A stretch of DNA of 64,000 nt, taken from assembly GCA_938003925.1 (NCBI GenBank), contig CALKWQ010000015.1, positions 1,627 to 65,626 on the forward strand. The letters run 5' to 3'. The notes under the pieces were generated by a model that saw only the letters and a program-made list of their open reading frames with translations, was not told the origin of the DNA and did no database searches. A program made the position numbers and the translations under genes. Numbering within the stretch: the stretch's first letter is position 1; each line of letters starts with the position of its first letter. Below, piece after piece: positions 26,870-34,099 of this stretch. This DNA is from an uncultured bacterium. Its GTDB lineage: Bacteria > Patescibacteriota > Patescibacteriia > Patescibacteriales > UBA12465.

Positions 26870-27233
26870 AGTTTTTTATTAATAAATTAGCACCTCTAAT
26901 AACAATTCCTACCAGTCCGCCAAAAATGATTATGGCAGCAAAGAATAGAGTCGTATATAAAGCTTCTGGAATATAAAAATTTTCGCCAGAGTTGTAGACA
27001 ATTATTTGCCAGATAACTACGAATACAAAACTAGTTATAATTGAGCCAATAATCAGTTTGGGCAAAAAACAATAACTTTTATGTTCATTTTGCACCAAAA
27101 CCATTAAAACTCCGGCGACCAAAGGCAATAATATTATTTGCCAACCCCAAAAAAATGTAAACCAATCTGGTTTAAGGGTAAACATAAAGCTAACTATTAC
27201 TGTCAGCGCAGAAATAAAATAAATTTTTTTCAT
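26853..27233 (-). CDS. hypothetical 4-TM membrane protein
   Basis: 126-aa hydrophobic ORF. Overlaps the downstream gene by 17 nt. Confidence 0.5.
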   Translation of the reverse strand: MKKIYFISALTVIVSFMFTLKPDWFTFFWGWQIILLPLVAGVLMVLVQNEHKSYCFLPKLIIGSIITSFVFVVIWQIIVYNSGENFYIPEALYTTLFFAAIIIFGGLVGIVIRGANLLIKNYAKNK

Positions 27234-27297
27234 ATAATAATTATATCCTATAACTGTTACTTTAAAAACAGCGATACAAATTATACTTTTTTACTTA

Positions 27298-27326
27298 AAT
27301 AAAAAATAGGCTATTATTAGCCTATT
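27298..27326 (-). terminator. intrinsic terminator of 27326..28201
   Basis: Minus strand AATAGGCTA-ATAA-TAGCCTATT followed by TTTTTATTT. The stem abuts the stop codon. Confidence 0.6.
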
Positions 27327-28201
27327 TATTTTTTTACGTTCTCCTGCAAAATCTTATCTCTTAGCTTATCTCCCCCTATTTCATAGGCGGCTTTAACTAC
27401 AGATTCTTGGGTATTATCAACATTTTTAATAATCCGCAATACCTCGGGCATTTCTTGTTTTACAAGCTCAAGGAAATCATTGGATCCATCGAAATAAGAC
27501 TTAAAAAAGGGCCAGATGAATTTTTCACTTTTGTTGAGAAAAACCTCCTCAATTAAATGCACATGCAACGCATAGGCAAATTCATAAAAAATCCGACCCT
27601 TCTCTTCTTTACTAAATAAATTATCAAAAGCTCCGACTCTTTCCATTTCTCGTAATACAACTTTAGACCAAAGATCTGTGGCGGCTTCATTTAATCCAAA
27701 GCATGGACTATTTCCTTTTTCGCTTAAAGAATGAAAGCCTAGTTGATAAAAATCAATAGATCTACATTCCTTATTTTCTTTAACAGAAACAGAATAAAAT
27801 GAAAAAAGGTGGGAGATTTCATGAGCAATATCAATTACAAAATGACACCTATCTTTATTCTTCCTAAGGAAAATGTAACCAAACGAGCAGTTGCCGCCCT
27901 CATTTTCTGACATTTTAACATTTTTCTCATAAACTTCGTCATCTAAAATAATGATTTGATTATCAAATATTCTCATTGGCTTAAAACCATTAACTTTAAG
28001 AAGATTATTTCCCGCCTTTATAGCCGCAGCAATAATATGCTTCTCAAAGGTGGTCCAAATGAAAGACGAGACTTGGTGCACATTCATAACACGAGCAATT
28101 AAAAAATCATTTTTTGTTTCCTCGCTTACGGGCCCAATAAACTTTGGGGCATAGTTCCATTTTTCCTTCCAATAACCATTTCCAATATCTTTCGCACTCA
28201 T
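27326..28201 (-). CDS. hypothetical protein with HExxH zinc-metalloprotease-type motif
   Basis: 291 aa. VIDIAHEISHLF contains HEISH. No further family assignment. Confidence 0.55.
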   Translation of the reverse strand: MSAKDIGNGYWKEKWNYAPKFIGPVSEETKNDFLIARVMNVHQVSSFIWTTFEKHIIAAAIKAGNNLLKVNGFKPMRIFDNQIIILDDEVYEKNVKMSENEGGNCSFGYIFLRKNKDRCHFVIDIAHEISHLFSFYSVSVKENKECRSIDFYQLGFHSLSEKGNSPCFGLNEAATDLWSKVVLREMERVGAFDNLFSKEEKGRIFYEFAYALHVHLIEEVFLNKSEKFIWPFFKSYFDGSNDFLELVKQEMPEVLRIIKNVDNTQESVVKAAYEIGGDKLRDKILQENVKK

Positions 28202-28246
28202 TTGTACAAATTTTTAAGGTTCAACAATCATTTTAATTATCAAAAA

Positions 28247-28275
28247 AGTATACTATACGTATGCCTTTTTGTCAA
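28247..28275 (-). promoter_or_regulatory. sigma70-type promoter TTGACA-N17-TATACT for 27326..28201
   Basis: Minus strand TTGACA (28270-28275), 17-nt spacer, TATACT (28247-28252). Lies directly after X4. Homologous to 29255-29283. Confidence 0.55.
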
Positions 28276-28276
28276 T

Positions 28277-28342
28277 GCTCGGGGTCGTGGACGAAGTTAG
28301 AACTAGTGTGGCTAAAATTAAGGAAGAATTCAAGGGTTAATC
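28277..28342 (-). repeat. X4: tRNA-3'-end-like repeat (family X)
   Basis: Core at 28277-28303 is 26/27 identical to X2/X3. Its 3' end CCCCGAGCA-TTGACAAAA matches the tRNA-Gln 3' end plus flank. Confidence 0.65.
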
Positions 28343-28395
28343 TTTTATTTATATCTAAGTTACTAGAAAAATAACTATATATCCCCATTTCTCTA

Positions 28396-28428
28396 AAGAA
28401 AAAGGGCGCTCATGTTTGAACACCCCTC
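28396..28428 (-). terminator. weak terminator-like hairpin after 28484..28849
   Basis: Minus strand AGGGGTG...CGCCCT (6 bp with bulge and wobble) followed by TTTTTCTTT. Confidence 0.35.
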
Positions 28429-28483
28429 TAAATAATATAAGTTCATTTTTACCTTGTGTCGCCCCAGAAACCATCATTAACCT

Positions 28484-28849
28484 TTATCTTACCGACATCA
28501 GGCATTCTACACTGGAATAGAAGCCAGACATGACGTATGGTCGAATAATACACTCAACCAAAGCAGCTTTGGGAAAAGTTTGATGTACCTCATCAACCAG
28601 GTCAAGCACTAATCGTCTTTTAACTTTTTCGGTTCTTTCCGGTTTTTCAGTTAAGCCATCGATAAAAACAATGATTTCTTCGCCCAAACCTTTAGTCATA
28701 AGGTTTTGAGGAAAAAATATTGAAACCTGTTCTCTTTTAATTCTCAAATCTGCAATATCAGCAGCTCTTTGACACATAAGATCGGAAAAAATTTCCAATG
28801 TTTCTTTATCCGTTTCCGTTGGAATTCCATAAACAATCAAGATCGGCAT
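28484..28849 (-). CDS. hypothetical protein; possible tautomerase-superfamily fold (N-terminal Met-Pro)
   Basis: 121 aa. Begins MPILIVYGIP and has two beta-alpha-beta-like halves. Strong SD (GGAGGG) upstream. The family call is speculative. Confidence 0.5.
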   Translation of the reverse strand: MPILIVYGIPTETDKETLEIFSDLMCQRAADIADLRIKREQVSIFFPQNLMTKGLGEEIIVFIDGLTEKPERTEKVKRRLVLDLVDEVHQTFPKAALVECIIRPYVMSGFYSSVECLMSVR

Positions 28850-28892
28850 GATACCCTCCTTTTTTTAAGTGAATAATTAATTTTTTTAAATT

Positions 28893-29207
28893 TTAAGATA
28901 AAAATCTAACCCAAACGCCTCCAGCCGCAAAACAAAGTATATTGAAAAATGTTACAATAACAAAATTTTCAAGCGGCCAGCTCGATAAATAGAATATCAA
29001 ACTATGACCTATAATACCTAATACCGTTGGTATATAAGCATCGGCTAATCTTTGCACCTCTCCCATCTTTATTATTCTGTAAATTATAAACCCCAGAAAT
29101 GCTGGGCCAAGAAAAGGAATAACAGTGCAAATAAAAGCGAAGAAGAAAAACACAAGCCATAATATAATTTTAGGCTGGTAAGTCATTTGATGAACTAAAT
29201 TTCTCAT
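28893..29207 (-). CDS. hypothetical 3-TM membrane protein
   Basis: 104-aa hydrophobic ORF. First gene after the tRNA-Gln promoter module. Confidence 0.5.
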   Translation of the reverse strand: MRNLVHQMTYQPKIILWLVFFFFAFICTVIPFLGPAFLGFIIYRIIKMGEVQRLADAYIPTVLGIIGHSLIFYLSSWPLENFVIVTFFNILCFAAGGVWVRFLS

Positions 29208-29247
29208 TTTATGAATTTTTAAAGGTTCGACAATACAATTTTAACTA

Positions 29248-29283
29248 TCAAAAAAGTATACCACATAGGTATACTTTTGTCAA
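29248..29283 (-). promoter_or_regulatory. overlapping tRNA-Gln terminator hairpin and TTGACA-N17-TATACT promoter
   Basis: Minus strand TTGACA(29278-83)-AAAGTATACCTATGTGG-TATACT(29255-60)-TTTTTT. AGTATACC/GGTATACT also forms a perfect 8-bp hairpin followed by T6. Confidence 0.6.
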
Positions 29284-29287
29284 CTTG

Positions 29288-29358
29288 CTCGGGGACAGGG
29301 ATTCGAACCCCGATAAACAGGACCAGAACCTGTTGTCCTACCATTAGACGATCCCCGA
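29288..29358 (-). tRNA. tRNA-Gln (anticodon CUG)
   Basis: Hand-folded cloverleaf. Acceptor UCGGGGA/UCCCCGA (U1-A72), D arm GUCU..GGAC, anticodon arm ACAGG-UUCUGGU-CCUGU, T arm CGGGG-UUCGAAU-CCCUG, discriminator G. No encoded CCA. Confidence 0.9.
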
Positions 29359-29388
29359 ATAAAGGCGGCTATCGGTATTAAGCCGCCA
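29359..29388 (-). terminator. intrinsic terminator of lysS, abutting the tRNA 5' end
   Basis: Minus strand GGCGGCT-(10-nt loop)-AGCCGCC followed by TTTATT. Confidence 0.55.
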
Positions 29389-29415
29389 TATTGATATCGG
29401 TATTATAACAACTAA

Positions 29416-30930
29416 TTATTTTTTTTCAAGGGCAGAATTATCAGTTTCTTCAATTAGTTCTCTTTTAGGACGCATCAGCGGGAAAAGAGTTGTTTCTCTC
29501 ACTGGTTTATCCACCATAAAGGCAAACAAACGTTCACCAAAACCAAAGCCACAAGTTGGCGGCATGCCGTGCTCTAGCATCTCGACAAATTCCCAATCTG
29601 GCATCATTGCCTCTTTATCACCACGGTCAATCAATTGTTGTTGTAATTCAAAGCGCTGACGCTGGTCAACAGGGTCATTAAGTTCAGAGAAGCCGTTACC
29701 CACCTCACTGCCCGCGATAATAACTTGGAAACGTTCAGTCAACTCTGGATTTTCCGGCTTTGCTTTAGATAAAGGAGATACTAGTTTTGGGTGATTAACT
29801 AGGAACGCTGGTCCTGCGATAGTGCGACGGCAATACTTCCATAAAGTATCAGTCAGGCGTTCTCGGTTAACTCCCTCATATTTAACTTTTAATTCATCTA
29901 ATTTAGACTTCATCTGCTCTTCGGTAGCGGTGAGCACATCAATGCCGGTGCGCTCCAAGACTTCGGTGCGATAATCAATTAAAGGCCAATCACCAGCTAA
30001 ATCATACACCATACCCTTGGTGTTAAATTTAGTTTGACCAAACACCTTAAGGGCAATTTCTTGATATAACTCTTGCACTAACTTCATGCCTAGTTCGTAA
30101 TTAGCATAGGCCCAATAGAACTCCATGTTGGTAAACTCCTGTAGATGGTCCGGGCTAGAACCTTCATTACGATAAACACGACCTATTTCAAAGACTTTCT
30201 CAAAACCAGCAGCCATTAGGCGCTTCTGCCATAGCTCGCCAACGGAAATACGTAAAAAGACGTCCAAATCAAAATCGTCATGATGGGTGCGAAAAGGATT
30301 AGCCTCAGCGCCTCCAGTGGTAGTTTCTAAGGTTGGCGTTTCTACTTCAAAAAAACCGTGTCGCTTCATGAAATCACGAGTCACTTCCCAAAATAAAGCT
30401 TTTTTAAAGAAAATATCTCTAGTCTCTGGGTTCAATAAAATATCTAAGTAACGATGGCGATAACGTTCATCTTCATCTTTGAGTCCATACCAAGCATCAG
30501 GAATAGGAGCGATTGCTTTGCTTAAAATCTGCCAAGAAGACAACATTAAACTCTTTTCACCCTTATGGGTCAAAAAGGCCGTACCTGTAGCTTCTAAAAA
30601 ATCACCACTATCAATTAATTTAATGAAGCGTTTATAACTATCGTCGCCCAGCTCTTTCTTGGACAGCGCCAATTGGATGCGACCAGAAACATCTTCTAGG
30701 TCGGCAAAACTAAGGTTGCCGTGGCTGCGTAAGCTGCGCAATCTACCCGCTAAAGTAACGCTGGTCTGAGTGGTCTGCAAGTTGTCAAAGGTATCCAAAA
30801 CTTCCGCCACGCTATGATCACGTTGCGTAGTAGCAGGATAGGGGTTGATACCCACCGACTGTAATCCGCTTAATTTTTTCAAGCGCTCTTCTCGCTCACT
30901 ACCCGGCGCTGATTGATTAGGTGCAGACAT
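29416..30930 (-). CDS. lysS: lysine--tRNA ligase (class II)
   Basis: 504 aa. Class II motifs (FFEVETPTL, RVYRNEGSSPDHLQEFTNMEFY, GFGFGERL) and N-terminal OB anticodon-binding domain. Confidence 0.92.
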   Translation of the reverse strand: MSAPNQSAPGSEREERLKKLSGLQSVGINPYPATTQRDHSVAEVLDTFDNLQTTQTSVTLAGRLRSLRSHGNLSFADLEDVSGRIQLALSKKELGDDSYKRFIKLIDSGDFLEATGTAFLTHKGEKSLMLSSWQILSKAIAPIPDAWYGLKDEDERYRHRYLDILLNPETRDIFFKKALFWEVTRDFMKRHGFFEVETPTLETTTGGAEANPFRTHHDDFDLDVFLRISVGELWQKRLMAAGFEKVFEIGRVYRNEGSSPDHLQEFTNMEFYWAYANYELGMKLVQELYQEIALKVFGQTKFNTKGMVYDLAGDWPLIDYRTEVLERTGIDVLTATEEQMKSKLDELKVKYEGVNRERLTDTLWKYCRRTIAGPAFLVNHPKLVSPLSKAKPENPELTERFQVIIAGSEVGNGFSELNDPVDQRQRFELQQQLIDRGDKEAMMPDWEFVEMLEHGMPPTCGFGFGERLFAFMVDKPVRETTLFPLMRPKRELIEETDNSALEKK

Positions 30931-30934
30931 AAAT

Positions 30935-31393
30935 TTAATCTATTTTTACAATCTTATACTCCACTAAACCGCGAGGTGTTTCTACAGTCACCACCGCCCC
31001 TTTCTTTTTACCTAAAAAAGCCACACCCAGAGGTGATTCGTTAGAAATTTTACCATTAATAGGATCGGCTTCGTTAAAACTGACAATAGTGTATTGTTTA
31101 TCCTTACCATCGCACTTCACGGTGACTTGTGAGCCCATCGTTACCTCTTCCTTGCCGGCATGATTAGCCACTACCGTGACGTTTTTGAGAGTATTGGTCA
31201 GTTCTAGAATCCTGCCCTCGTTTAAAGCCTGAGCATCTTTAGCTTCGCTATATTCCGCATTCTCGCTTAAATCGCCCAAGTCTTTGGCGCGCTCAATTCG
31301 CTCGGCAATCTCACGACGTTTAATCGTGCTGAGGTTGGTAAGCTCATCTTGCAGCTTGTCGTAACCTTCTTGGGTAATAATTTGTTCAGACAT
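30935..31393 (-). CDS. greA: transcription elongation factor GreA
   Basis: 152 aa. N-terminal coiled coil with DLSENAEY acidic tip, C-terminal FKBP-like domain ending in VEYKIV. Confidence 0.9.
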   Translation of the reverse strand: MSEQIITQEGYDKLQDELTNLSTIKRREIAERIERAKDLGDLSENAEYSEAKDAQALNEGRILELTNTLKNVTVVANHAGKEEVTMGSQVTVKCDGKDKQYTIVSFNEADPINGKISNESPLGVAFLGKKKGAVVTVETPRGLVEYKIVKID

Positions 31394-31404
31394 AGATAAA
31401 AATT

Positions 31405-31443
31405 AAGATTAAAGCGTCCGGATAAAAGTTTAGTCCGGGCGCG
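31405..31443 (-). terminator. terminator-like hairpin after the O-antigen-ligase-like gene
   Basis: Minus strand GCGCCCGGA-(11-nt loop)-TCCGGACGC (8/9 bp) followed by a T-rich tract. Confidence 0.45.
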
Positions 31444-31457
31444 ACAATTAGTATGTA

Positions 31458-32933
31458 TTATAAAGAATTTTTACGAATAAAACAAGAGGAAAATAAGACG
31501 AAGCTAAGCCCTAGGGGATGATTCAAATAAGGGGTAAAAATATTGACCACTAGTAGAAATAATAGACCGGCGCCTAAGGCGGGATATAAAGAGTTCAAGC
31601 GACCACGCTCAGCTTGCATCAAATTAAATAATAGATAAAAGAGCCAGCCCAAATAAGGCAATAAGCCCAGTAAGCCAAGTTTCAACCAGGTGTCTAGGTA
31701 GGCCCACTCAAAAGCGTAAGTAGTATACCAGCCGTTTGGATTCTGCGCTAAAACTCTAGGATCCTGAGAATAATAGCTCACGGTCGCGCCAAAACCTTGC
31801 CCCAATATAGGCGCCGTCTGGATTTCTTGCCATAACTGGGGTAACAGCGCCCAACGTGAGGCTAGAGCGGCCTCATTGCCACTAAAATCTAAGCGGGCAG
31901 CCAAAGCATCAGCTGAGAGACCGGCTTGTGGGTCGGGGTAAGGAAACTTAACTACCATCAACATTAATAAGGCTGCTCCTAGCACCGCCACACCGCTATA
32001 TAATAGCGCCCTACCCCAGCTCAACCATTGTCCTCGCCAACTCCAAGCTGCCGCCACTAAGGCAGCTGTCGCAAAAGCCAGCCAGAAGCTTCTAGACATA
32101 CTAATCACGATGACAGACAACAATAAAGACAGAATGGCAAAGCGCGCTACTAAATACCAACGACTGTGCCTGACCGGTGCTACTAGGGGCCAGAGAGTCA
32201 AAAAGAAAGCAATGGGCGCATATACTTGCGACTGAATAAAAATACGCTGCCAGCTGCCACCCATAGCGGTAATCTCACCAATGCCACTGCGCCTGACCCA
32301 CAAATAAATATCGGGCATGATGACCAAATTGTGAGAAAAAATAAAGAGTAGTGCCAATGTTTTGAAACTTAACCAAATGACAGCGGTCAAAAATACTTGA
32401 CCTAAGCGTTGGCGCGCCTCCGAAGATGAGCGGGAATAGACTAACAGAATTGGCACTATAAGTGTCAAATAAAACCAAGCATTACCATCTGCCATTATTT
32501 CAGCCAGCATATGCGACTGACTCCAACCCTGGATAAAAGCGAGCAAAATAAAGAAAGATAAGGCTAATAAAAATGGCCAAAAACGAAAAACTTGACCAAA
32601 CTGCTGCCAACTTGTTTTCCAACCACGGCGGCTGATAAAAATCAGACTCGCCAGCATTAGCGCCAGCCAAATCACTAAACGCAATGATACCGGGAAAGAG
32701 CCGATAGCGGCAGAAAATAGATGGCCCTTAGAACCGATTACCAACTCCGTTACCGCTATCAATAAACCGGCCTCCAGAGAATATAAGCTTAACAAAAAAA
32801 CCGCGATTAAAGCGGCCGCTAAGAGATATATTTGCCAGGCAGGTAAGAAATAAGCGGTAAAAGACAAGAGTTCCGTAAGCAAAATGAGAATCAACATGAA
32901 GAAATAAGGATGGCGTGGTTTTAATGCTAACAT
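31458..32933 (-). CDS. O-antigen ligase/polymerase (Wzy_C) family membrane protein
   Basis: 491 aa, about 12 TM. Periplasmic-loop region with the SRSFW segment typical of the family. Confidence 0.7.
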   Translation of the reverse strand: MLALKPRHPYFFMLILILLTELLSFTAYFLPAWQIYLLAAALIAVFLLSLYSLEAGLLIAVTELVIGSKGHLFSAAIGSFPVSLRLVIWLALMLASLIFISRRGWKTSWQQFGQVFRFWPFLLALSFFILLAFIQGWSQSHMLAEIMADGNAWFYLTLIVPILLVYSRSSSEARQRLGQVFLTAVIWLSFKTLALLFIFSHNLVIMPDIYLWVRRSGIGEITAMGGSWQRIFIQSQVYAPIAFFLTLWPLVAPVRHSRWYLVARFAILSLLLSVIVISMSRSFWLAFATAALVAAAWSWRGQWLSWGRALLYSGVAVLGAALLMLMVVKFPYPDPQAGLSADALAARLDFSGNEAALASRWALLPQLWQEIQTAPILGQGFGATVSYYSQDPRVLAQNPNGWYTTYAFEWAYLDTWLKLGLLGLLPYLGWLFYLLFNLMQAERGRLNSLYPALGAGLLFLLVVNIFTPYLNHPLGLSFVLFSSCFIRKNSL

Positions 32934-32936
32934 AAT

Positions 32937-33407
32937 TTACCAAAAAATTTCACTATTTACCCCTAAACCACATTCCTGACTGCGACCAGCGGGTATTTCT
33001 AAGACCGTGTCGGCTAACGCGCCGCTGTGGTAAGAGATGGTAGGCGTTGCTCCCTCGGGAGCCAGGTCGCGATATAAATTAATGATGCGGTGATCACGAA
33101 TAAAAATAATGTCTAAAGGAAAATTCATATTCCTCATCACAAAGCTTAAATCTTGCGGTTGTTCATATAGAAAAAGCATGCCCCGATTAGCAGCCAAACT
33201 TTGACGTCCGGATAAGCCCTGATATTGCTTCGCCGCACTACTTACCGCCTCTACTTCAAACGTGCAAGTGCCCGCCTGCAAAGTGCGCCAATCTGTTTTA
33301 GTTAATAACAGAGAAACCGTTACTAATACAAGTCCAGATGCGCATATAATCAATACGGCGACTCGGTACTTATAAAAATATGAGCTAATTTTTTTAAGCC
33401 AGTCCAT
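32937..33407 (-). CDS. DUF192 domain protein
   Basis: 156 aa. N-terminal anchor. RGMLF...FVMRNMNFPLDIIFI...LEIPAG pattern of DUF192/COG1430. Confidence 0.7.
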   Translation of the reverse strand: MDWLKKISSYFYKYRVAVLIICASGLVLVTVSLLLTKTDWRTLQAGTCTFEVEAVSSAAKQYQGLSGRQSLAANRGMLFLYEQPQDLSFVMRNMNFPLDIIFIRDHRIINLYRDLAPEGATPTISYHSGALADTVLEIPAGRSQECGLGVNSEIFW

Positions 33408-34095
33408 GTTTTTGTTTGATAATCGCCATAGCGGCGCGATATTTTTTCACACTAGGCAAAAATGGTAACAGCTTATAGGCAAAGGACGGAACCCAAGAAC
33501 TAATAGTGCCGCCAGGAGCAATCTTAAATAGCACCTGATTTACCCATATCCCACTTTTACCAGCGCCTAACATCGTCAACCACAGATCCCAGTCTTGGAA
33601 CTTACGGATGCTTTCATCCCAACCTTGAGCGGGAAAATCAGCCCGCCTGATTAAAGCCATGGTGTGGATATAAGGGCCAGTCTGTAATTTAGTCGAGGAA
33701 AAAGGTCCTACCTTAAACAGCTTTTTGCCCCAGTGAAAAGATGGGTAGGCATAACTAGCCTGAGGATTGTCCACTAAAGCAGCCAGCAACTCGCGTAAAG
33801 CTGTCGGCTGCAAATCAGCGTCGGCATCACAAAAAAACAGATAATCACCTTGTGACTCTCGCCAACCACGATTACGAGCCGAGGGCGCCCCCTGATTAGC
33901 TTGGTTAAGAAAAACAAAACGATTATCCAGACTGACGCGACTAGTAAAAGCGGCAAAGATGGCTTCAGGATTATCTTGGGAACCATCATTAACCACAATA
34001 ACTTCCCAGTCGCGTAACTCTTGTCGAGCAATACTCTCCAACAAAACCCCTAGTTTTTTAGCTTGATTATATACGGGTACAATAATAGAAATCAT
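33394..34095 (-). CDS. glycosyltransferase family 2
   Basis: ISIIVPVYNQ...VIVVNDGSQD...FCDADA (DxD) motifs. Confidence 0.8.
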   Translation of the reverse strand: MISIIVPVYNQAKKLGVLLESIARQELRDWEVIVVNDGSQDNPEAIFAAFTSRVSLDNRFVFLNQANQGAPSARNRGWRESQGDYLFFCDADADLQPTALRELLAALVDNPQASYAYPSFHWGKKLFKVGPFSSTKLQTGPYIHTMALIRRADFPAQGWDESIRKFQDWDLWLTMLGAGKSGIWVNQVLFKIAPGGTISSWVPSFAYKLLPFLPSVKKYRAAMAIIKQKHGLA

Positions 34096-34099
34096 AAGT

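Larger units (their letters stand above)
17957..29287 (-). other. AT-rich accessory gene array adjacent to the tRNA-Gln 3' end (candidate genomic island / cassette array)
   Basis: 11 of 12 ORFs on the minus strand. tRNA-fragment modules fill the gaps. Hand GC counts on single 60-nt lines: about 30-33% at 22.0 and 26.0 kb, against 37-40% in lysS and ileS and 47% at 34.2 kb. Confidence 0.45.

Noticed and set aside
17993-28342. Integron-like cassette array, with X elements acting as attC sites. The features that suggested this were ORFs in one orientation and an element starting at the stop codon.
   Set aside because: - X is not an imperfect palindrome.
- There are no R''/L''-L'/R' arms and no GTTRRRY core pair.
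- No intI-type integrase or attI/Pc region is visible in the window.
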